Made by a program: the position numbers and the translations under genes
Notes under the pieces: model-generated
The model's input: only the letters and a program-made list of their open reading frames with translations
What the model was told of the DNA's origin: nothing
Database searches by the model: none
In this document: piece after piece, positions 24,757 to 32,665 of the stretch
Position numbering within the stretch: position 1 is the stretch's first letter
Layout: each line of letters starts with the position of its first letter
Assembly (NCBI RefSeq): GCF_036321535.1
Contig: NC_087447.1
Location: 47,866,001-47,930,000 of the forward strand
Source: Camelus dromedarius
Taxonomy: Eukaryota
Length of the DNA: 64,000 nucleotides
Direction: 5' to 3'

Positions 24757-24817
24757 CACTGACAGGTTGTGTTACTTCTCCAGGCTCTCTGGATGTAGGA
24801 AGCCCAGTTGGACAGCC
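24757..24817 (+). other. P2RY6: Branch point, acceptor and 5' UTR part of the P2RY6 coding exon (exon starts at 24784)
   Basis: CACTGAC branch-point match at 24757-24763, a pyrimidine tract and CAG at 24781-24783, 34 nt before the ATG. Confidence 0.85.
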
Positions 24818-25804
24818 ATGGAGTGGGACAATGGCACAGGCCAGGCCATGGGATCGCCACCCACTACCTGCGTCTACCAAGAGAACTTTAAGCGACTACT
24901 GCTGCCACCTGTGTACTCGGTGGTGCTGGCAGCTGGCCTGCCACTGAACGCCTGCATCATTGCCCAGATTTGCACATCCCGCCGGGCCCTGACCCGCACA
25001 GCTGTGTACACCCTGAACCTGGCCCTGGCTGACCTGTTGTACGCCTGCTCCCTACCCCTGCTCGTCTACAACTATGCCCGAGGTGACCACTGGCCCTTTG
25101 GAGACCTTGCCTGCCGCCTGGTCCGCTTCCTCTTCTATGCCAACCTTCATGGCAGCATCCTCTTTCTTACCTGCATCAGCTTCCAACGCTACCTGGGCAT
25201 CTGTCACCCTCTGGCCCCCTGGCACAAGCGTGGGGGCCGCCGGGCTGCCTGGCTAGTGTGCGGGGCTGTATGGCTGGCAGTGACCACCCAGTGCCTGCCC
25301 ACAGCCCTCTTTGCTGCTACAGGCATCCAACGTAACCGCACTGTCTGCTACGACCTGAGTCCCCCTGCCCTGGCCACCAGCTACATGCCTTATGGCATGG
25401 CCCTCACCGTCATTGGCTTCCTGCTGCCCTTTGTCGCCCTGCTGGCCTGCTACTGCCGCCTGGCCCGACGTCTGTGCCGCCAGGATGGCCCAGCAGGGCC
25501 TGTGGCCCAGGAACGGCGTGGCAAGGCAGCCCGCATGGCTATGGTGGTGGCAGCTGTCTTTGCCATCAGCTTCCTGCCTTTCCACATCACCAAGACAGCC
25601 TATCTGGCGGTGCGCTCTACACCTGGTGTCCCCTGCCCTGTGCTGGAGACCTTTGCAGCTGCCTACAAGGGCACACGGCCCTTCGCCAGTGCCAACAGTG
25701 TACTGGACCCCATCCTTTTCTACTTCACCCAGAAGAAGTTCCGCCGGCGGCCACATGAGCTGCTACAGAAACTCACAGCCAAGTGGCAGCGACAGGGTCG
25801 CTGA
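24818..25804 (+). CDS. P2RY6: P2Y purinoceptor 6 (UDP-activated class A GPCR), intact single-exon CDS, 328 aa
   Basis: The ORF 24746..25804 has an internal ATG at 24818 in strong Kozak context (gccATGG), giving MEWDNGT...KWQRQGR. It shows seven hydrophobic segments and P2Y motifs (NLALADLLY, WPFGD, CISFQRY, FLPFH, DPILF). The first 24 codons of the track ORF span an acceptor (ttacttctccag, AG at 24782-24783), so they are partly intronic. Confidence 0.98.
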   Translation: MEWDNGTGQAMGSPPTTCVYQENFKRLLLPPVYSVVLAAGLPLNACIIAQICTSRRALTRTAVYTLNLALADLLYACSLPLLVYNYARGDHWPFGDLACRLVRFLFYANLHGSILFLTCISFQRYLGICHPLAPWHKRGGRRAAWLVCGAVWLAVTTQCLPTALFAATGIQRNRTVCYDLSPPALATSYMPYGMALTVIGFLLPFVALLACYCRLARRLCRQDGPAGPVAQERRGKAARMAMVVAAVFAISFLPFHITKTAYLAVRSTPGVPCPVLETFAAAYKGTRPFASANSVLDPILFYFTQKKFRRRPHELLQKLTAKWQRQGR

Positions 25805-26109
25805 GTCTATTGGGACAGGACACCTGGGACATGGGCAGCCAGCAACCTGAAGCCATGCAGAAAATTAGAGCTTAGCTCAGCTGGGCGTGGAGTGAGGTCT
25901 CCCACAGACCCCACAATCTCACTAACAGCTGTTTATTAATCCCTTTCTCTGGACCAGGCCCTGTGGGCACAGAGAGAGGCAAAGCCTGGAACTGGCTCTT
26001 CAGAAGGTCCCAGGAAGCCATGGAGAGTTAGAGAAGCCATGTTAAGCTGCTCACAAATAGTGAGACATGCAGTGTAATTGAGGAGTATGCTACATGCTTT
26101 GGCATCACC

Positions 26110-26115
26110 AATAAA
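26110..26115 (+). terminator. P2RY6: Candidate proximal polyadenylation signal of P2RY6 (AATAAA)
   Basis: First AATAAA after the stop codon, about 305 nt downstream. The sequence immediately downstream is purine-rich rather than U/GU-rich. Further candidates: ATTAAA 26898, AATAAA 27334, AATAAA 27440. Confidence 0.5.
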
Positions 26116-26217
26116 GGGAGTAAGGGAAGATAGGAAGGTGAGAGCTTCTGGGAAGGAGCTTTTGAGCTTGGTTTTGAGAGATGAATATGAGCTTTCTGGG
26201 CAGAATGTGTGATGTTC

Positions 26218-26900
26218 CATTCATTCAGCAAAGCTTTACTGACACCTTGTGCTGGGGCCTGGGTTGATTCTGGGGCCCCAGAAGAACCAGCTTGAGCCCT
26301 GCCCCATACAAACTTTCAACTTCTAAAGGCACTGACACAGTGACGTTAAGGCTGTGACAGCGGGAAGTATGACTAAGGAGAAGGGGTGCCCAGAGGATGC
26401 CCATGACCCAGTCCAAGGAGTCAGGAAAGATCTCTTGGTGGTGGGGGTGGGGGATAGAAGGGCGGGTGTCCGAACCAGATGTTGAAGACTGAGTGGAAGC
26501 TCTGCAAACAGAAGTAGGGTGCACATTAGTGCAGCCTCGGGCAGACAGGCAGAGACCTGGGGTGGAGGGCATGTGGTCTCCTGTGTGTGAAAGCTGAGAA
26601 ACCAAGAGTCATGCGGTGGCCACTCTCCAGATAATAGCAAGAATGGGCCAGATGCTCAAGGCAGTGGGGGCTCAGCAAAGGGAAGCATCAGGGAGCGCAT
26701 CTTCGAAGGTGTGGAGCTTGAGCTGGGGAGGAATCCAAAAAGCAGAGAGGAGGAAGCTGCTCTTGTTGGAAGATGCTGTGTGTGCAAAACCTGGAGGCAG
26801 AGATGCACTGAGCCTGGCTGTAAAGTAACAGTGAGTTTCAGTTTAGTTGGGTTTGCGGAGAGGGGTGGCAAGGAATGGAGCTGGGTGGGAGTAGGGCATT
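26218..26900 (-). mobile_element. L2 fragments downstream of P2RY6
   Basis: cattcattcagcaaagctttactga at the start and gtgtgcaaaacctggagg further on. Confidence 0.6.
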
Positions 26901-27152
26901 AAATGCCAGGCAGAGCCCCAGACCCCACCTCTCCTCCACCCACCTCTCCACATGTGCCTCTTTCAGGTGCCTGGTGACACCTCCACCAGGGCTCCGAAGT
27001 GAGGGGAACAGCCCTTCAACGTTGCTTCATCCTTTTTTTTTTTTTTTTAATGCATTGTAGGTTTTATTTTCAGGGCCTTGAACAATATATGAAGTTCAGC
27101 ATACATGTCTAATTTTATGAAAATGTATGTTAATTTATAAATTAACTTATAT

Positions 27153-27270
27153 GCCTACAATGAAAAAGAATATGAAAAGGAATACATATATATGTATAAA
27201 TGAATCACCATAGTGTACACCAGAAATTAACACAGTATTGTAAACTGACTGCACTTCAGTTAAAAAAAAA
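27153..27270 (+). mobile_element. Short 5'-truncated lineage-specific L1 3' end
   Basis: gaaaaagaatatgaaaaggaata...tgtacaccagaaattaacac...gcacttcagttaaaaaaaaa. Possible degenerate TSD: aaattaacttatat (27139-27152) and aaatgaatttatat (27268-27281). Confidence 0.75.
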
Positions 27271-27555
27271 TGAATTTATATAAGTGAACACATCTGTCCT
27301 CTAAGCCAACATAAAAAACCCTGTTTAGCTCACAATAAAGCTCAAATTTGAGTTAACTCATTATTTTAACTGTTTTTAAAATTTATTTTTCTTTTAAAAG
27401 TAAAATATGTGCATTCATTAGAATATTAGGAAAATTCAAAATAAATTTTCAGTTACAGTAAACATTCTACTTTGTAGCCTTATTTTTTTACATACCATTT
27501 CATGTACATTTCCCCAGGACATTAACTATTCTACAGCTTGCTTTTTGTTTAATTC

Positions 27556-27750
27556 TTATTTTTTTATTGAACTGTAGTTGATTTATAATGTTAGTTTCAG
27601 GTGTACAGCAAAGTGACTGAGTCACACATATACATATACATACACATTTTGTTTCAGATTCTTTTCCATTACAGCTCATTACAAGAAATTAAATATAGTT
27701 CCCTGTGCCATACAGTAGGTCCTTGTTGTTTATCTATTTTGTATATAGTA
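27556..27750 (-). mobile_element. Short lineage-specific L1 3' end (cetartiodactyl type)
   Basis: T-run followed by ttgaactgtagttgatttataatgttagtttcaggtgtacagcaaagtgac...aatatagttccctgtgccatacagtagg. Confidence 0.8.
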
Positions 27751-28119
27751 ACATTGCTTCATTCTTAAAGGAGAAGACAGCAGCTTGAGGAGATGCAGGG
27801 CCACCCCCAGGGCCACCAGGAGGCCGCTTCCTGAAAGTTGGGAGAGCCTGCAGACTGGCCTCATGACAGACTGTTCCTGCTAGGTACCCACCCCCACCCC
27901 CACCCCTGCCCCCTCACCTCCCTGTTGTTCTGGCCTGTGGGTACCTGGAGGGCTGCCTGGAGGCCATCTCTTACGGAGGCCTCTCAAACACAGACCTGAG
28001 CCTTAAAAAACTTTGGAAAGGCATCTTCACTGAAGGTCCCCAAGGAGGCAGCAAAAGGGAATTATACCATGCAAAGCCCTTCCTAGTCCTCTTCACCTGC
28101 TCTCCTCTTGCACGGGTCA

Positions 28120-28300
28120 CTTTTTATTTTAATTGAAGTATAGTCGGCTTACAATGTTGTGTAAATTTCTGGTGTACGGTATAATGTTTCAGTCACACAC
28201 ATACATACATATACTCCTTTTCATATTCTTTTCCATTATAGGTTACTACAAGATATTGAATATAGTTCCCTGTGCTATACGGTAGAAACTTATTATCTCA
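28120..28300 (-). mobile_element. Short lineage-specific L1 3' end (cetartiodactyl type)
   Basis: ttttaattgaagtatagtcggcttacaatgttgtgtaaatttctggtgtac...gaatatagttccctgtgctatac. Confidence 0.8.
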
Positions 28301-29707
28301 TTGAAAAAAAATTTTTTTACTGCACATGTCTCTTTCAGCCACTCCTCTGCTGCTCCTCATCCTCTCTGCTCTTTGTCCTCATCCCCACACAGACCCCTGC
28401 CCCATTCCCCCTCACTTCTCCTCCAATCCTTATTCCCTCCTGCCAGATCTCAGTATTCATCCCGTAGAACAATCTGGCCACAGCTCTTGGCTGCTCGTAG
28501 GCCACGCAGACCCCATACTGACAGAACCAGTCATGGCAAAGGAGCCTTCCACCTGAGAAGGTTGAGTGGGAAGAGGGAAGGACAGAGGGACGGGGCAGGG
28601 AGGGGAAGACTGTATAACTTATTCAGTATTTTTCTTTTAGCTCTGCCTAATCTCCAAGGCATGTTGAGGACATTTAGAAAAAGACTCTGCAGGACTTAAA
28701 CTCCACAGTAATGTCAGAAACATGCTTGCAACTGGTGGAAAAAGGGGGAAAACCAGGCTCAAGTCATCTTGGGAATCCTTTCAAAATGCCCTTACTGGAG
28801 AGACTGACAATTTGGACAGAAGGAACTTTGATTCTTTGGGTCACAGTGAGATAGATGTCTGGGGACATCAGAAGACAGAGACTGGTTCTTAGTCCCTATA
28901 CAATGCAGTGCTAGGTCAAGCAGCCCAGGTGTTACATGAGAGAGAAATAAATGTCTATCTTTTTTAAGCTACTAGTTTTTCAGGCCTTTGTTACCCACCG
29001 CCAAAACTAACCCCTTTACCCAGGTTCCATACTGAGATGGTGGACCTTGGTGGAGGCCAGGCAGTGTCCTGGCCTGGGGAGTGGGCCAGGGTCTAGCCTC
29101 GGGGTGAGGTCTCCACCTGAGTGGGAGCTAGGAATCAACAGAACCTGGAGACACCCAGAAAGGCTTCCTAGAAGAGTTGCAAAGCCTGGGGAATGAACAT
29201 CTGACTTTTGGCTTGAGGCTGGAAGAATGGATGGGCTTCCTGAGGGAGAGAGTAAGAAAAAGAGAGGGTTCTGGATCAAGTCCTGGGAACTTCAACATTA
29301 GGGGGCTAGGAGGAGGAGGAGGAGCCAGAGAGGTGGAAGGCCAAAGCCTAGGGTCTCTGAATGATGGTGCCATGATGGGGCAGTGGAGTTGGGTGAGTGA
29401 AGGAGCAGTTGGAGGGGAGGAAGTGGAGGTGATGGATGGGGAAGAAAAGAGAGAGGAAGTTTCCAAAGGAGGCCAGGCCCAGGGAAGGTGCTTATAAGAC
29501 AGGAGACCTGTGAGTGTTGGCTGCTGGAGATTGAGGACCGGGAGCCAGAGGGCAAGGTCAAAGATGGAGAAGCCTGAGAGTTGGTAACTGGGGCTTGTCT
29601 CACATTTCCATTCCAAAAGGAAAAGCCCAGGGGCATTGGATCTGTCTTAACAATGGATACTGCTGGATCCTCCTTCCCTCATTCATTTGTTCAACAAATA
29701 CTCTCCA

Positions 29708-29832
29708 GGGGAGGGTATAGCTCAGTGGTAGAGTGTGTGCTTAGAATGCACAAGGTCCTAGGTTCAATCCCCAGTACCTCCATTAATAACTAACTAGATA
29801 AATAAACCTAATTGCCTCCCTCCTCCAAAAAA
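29708..29832 (+). mobile_element. tRNA-Ala-derived SINE (Vic-1-like, camelid type)
   Basis: GGGGAGGGTATAGCTCAGTGGTAGAG (A box)...GGTTCAATCCCCAGTACCTCCA (B box), then an AT-rich segment, a C-rich stretch and an A tail. It interrupts an L2 3' end (cattcatttgttcaacaaata). Confidence 0.85.
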
Positions 29833-30339
29833 CCCCATTCTCAGCAGCCGTATCCTCAGAAATAATCCAGGGTGTTGGGGTACAGACAAGGATACAGTTC
29901 ATCCAGTAAACATTTACTGAGCACCTGCATCATATTGGGCAGTGGGTCTCTGCCCTCAAGGAGCTCCTAGGCTGATGGATAATGCCAATAATGAAATAAA
30001 CACATATCTGGATCATTACAGGGAGGGGAGTTCAGAAGAACATAAAGAGGGCCGGGGCAAGGAAGTTCTCCAGAGGAAGATAGTCAGGGTCCAATAAAGG
30101 CTGAGGACCAGGGGAATCCTGACCCAGTTTGAGGTGCAAAAAAGTTGTTTTAGCTGAGTCTTCCAGCCTCTGAAGGCATTTGCTAAGTGCAGGAGGGCTG
30201 TTTCTGACTGCGACTTTGAACAAGCCCCCTTCACTTTTCTGAGCCTCTATTTCCTTACCTCTAAAACAGTGACAATTCTACGAGCCCAAGAGTATGGAGC
30301 ATGGAAAAGTTAGGGCAGCATTTTCATATAGTACAAGAG

Positions 30340-30900
30340 AGTATTATAACCCAATAGAATGGGCAGGAGGCACAAACAGGCACTTCACAGAAAAGGAAAC
30401 ACAGATTATCAAAAAACATCGAAGAGATATTCGACACCAGCTTGACAATGCTTCCCAGATACTGAACAATCACATGGCCATTGCCCCAGCACTTCTCCGC
30501 ATATGAACCTGAGGTTATGCACAATGCTCAGAGCAGCACTGTTCACAAGCGCAAACAGTTGCAAACACCCAAATACCCACTCACAAGAGAGTGGATGAAT
30601 ACCCTGTGCTATAGGCACACTTTGGACTATTACACGCAGCCAGAATGTACTGTACTGACATGCAACAATATGGATAAATCTTAACAGTATAATATTAAGC
30701 ACAAAGAAATCCCCCAAAATTATACACAGCAAGATGTCCTTTTTATAAAGTTAAAAGTAACTTAAGTGAAAAAATATATTTTGAAGGAATAAACAGATGC
30801 AATAAAACTATATAAAAAAGAAAGCAAAGGAATGTTGAACACAGGAGGTGACGGTTATTATGGGTGGTGGGGGACTATATAATGAGATGTAGGACATTGT
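30340..30900 (+). mobile_element. Highly diverged L1 (L1MC/ME-like) fragment
   Basis: A-rich L1 3'-like motifs (aaacaggcacttcacagaaaaggaaaca, gcaaacacccaaatacccac, caacaatatggataaatct). Confidence 0.7.
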
Positions 30901-31400
30901 AAAGGCCCTGGTTGTTTTGGGTTTTTTGGTGGGAATCAATTAAACAACTGGTGAGAATGTGTCATCAACAAAAGGTTACAAATAATCCTATTCTGTATCA
31001 CATATAATTCGACACTAGCCAGACTAGGGCAGAGATGGGAGGGGAGCTCAGGGTTGTATCAGTGTGAAGCAAGAGAATTGAATCACACTTTGCCTGTCAG
31101 GAGAGTGGAGCAGCTGCCGGTAGGAGTGTAGGTTTGGCAGTGGTAAATCGAGGAAGGGCCTTCCCGTAGAAGCGCCTTTTTTATGTGAAGCCGAAGGAGG
31201 GGCAGTGTGCTTTGAGAAGGGATTAGGTTCGAAGCGGTTCCTGAAGGGACTAGTAAAGGACTAGAAGCAAGTAAAGGAAGTGAAGTCTTTCCAACTTCCC
31301 GGGTTTTTTTTGGTGTGTGTAGGAGGCAGGGGCAAGGGGGTGGGGCTATGGGGGTGTGGGGTGGCGAGCGAGTCCAGGGTTCCAAAGGGTTGGGCGAAGT

Positions 31401-31419
31401 TGGCCAGTAGAGGGCGCAA
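31401..31419 (+). promoter_or_regulatory. CTCF binding motif, forward orientation
   Basis: TGGCCAGTAGAGGGCGCAA matches the core CCAnnAGRGGGCGC. Confidence 0.7.
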
Positions 31420-31781
31420 GAGCCACGTACCACAGAGTGCAGGGGAAGGAGGGGGCGGGGCGAAGGGGGAGCATCGAAGAGAGAGGCGCCTAGAGGGCGG
31501 GGGAAGGTGGAGGAGCTTGGGTAGGGCGGGCAGCTGGAAACGTGGGGGCGTGGTCACAAAGGGTGGAGCTTCTGGAGCGATGGGGGGAGGATTGGGGGAG
31601 GGTCCGGGGGACAGTCATTGCTGGACTGGCCGCAGAGGTGGGATGGGCGGGGCGTTAGGGAGCGCGAGGAGCTGGACCCGGTCTCAGTTACAGATGGGAA
31701 ACCTGGTAGGAGGCGTGGCCTGGGCGGAGTGAAGGGGCGGGACAGGGAGCGGGTATCGCCCAGGTCGGTCTGCGACGCGCA

Positions 31782-31800
31782 CTGCTCCCCCTGGCGGCAA
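31782..31800 (-). promoter_or_regulatory. CTCF binding motif, reverse orientation
   Basis: The minus strand reads TTGCCGCCAGGGGGAGCAG. Confidence 0.7.
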
Positions 31801-32665
31801 GTCCCGACCTTTCTCTGCTAGGAGGGTGTTTTCTGCGTGTACCTGAGTATCCGTGGTGTGTACGAGAGTTAGTGGGTCCGAAGTTGCCATGTTCGGGTCC
31901 CTTGGGCAGGAGGTGTCTCCGCCCGGAATCAGTGAGTGCGCTGCCCTGATTGGACTTCCGCGGAGCTGACCACATCCGGAGTGTGCGTTGTGTCGGACCG
32001 AGTGCGTGGGTCGGGGGACAGTTCAGCCCGCTGAGCTCCCGAGGGGCTCATCTGGAGGGCCGATTCTGTCTGCCTGTATTCAAGCAATCTTGTTTCTCCT
32101 TTGGCTCCTCCCCGATTCCCTCCCCCACCCCAACTCCGGATTCCCAGCCTTGCGTGCGCCGGGAGCCCACCCCCTCTTTTGGGCGCGAGGCCCCGCCCCC
32201 CACCCTCTTTCCTCAGCCGCAAAGTTTATTTGCAACAAAAGGGAGTGAGAAGCTAGCAGCCAAGAGGGAGGGAGCGGGAGCTGGAGCGGGAGCTCGAGGG
32301 GAAGCAGCCAGGCCGGCTGGCGGGCGCAAAGCCGAGGAACGGAGCGCTGGGATCCAGCCAAGACCGAGTCGGGCCGCGATGCTCCAGGCCTCACCGGGCG
32401 AGGCGGGGGCTGGGCCCAGGAGTCGACGCTGAGGCGGGAGGGGTCGCACGGGATGGAGCCGATGCTTCCCAAGGCCGCAGAAACTTGAGCCGCGGCAGAT
32501 AAACCTCTGCTCCGGTCTGTGCGCGCTCTCCGCAAACCCCCTCGCACTGCGGTTGCGGGACCCAAGCCTTCAGACTCCCGCCGCTGCGCTCCTTCGGGGC
32601 GGGGGCGCAGGGGGGGTTGGCCGCGGCTCCCCGAGGCCAGCCCCCCCAGAGTGAGTGCCGCCACT

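Noticed and set aside
24746..24817. 24-aa N-terminal extension of P2Y6 suggested by the ORF track (start at 24746)
   Set aside because: The ATG at 24746 lies upstream of the branch point and acceptor (24783), so it is intronic unless the intron is retained.
25074..25850. Overlapping ORFs of 152 aa (+) and 167 aa (-) within P2RY6
   Set aside because: Shadows of GC-rich codon usage, with no independent evidence.
29711..29782. Functional tRNA gene (Ala or Ser-AGA)
   Set aside because: Mismatched acceptor stem, altered anticodon, extra 5' Gs, SINE-type tail with no immediate oligo-T terminator, and insertion into an L2.
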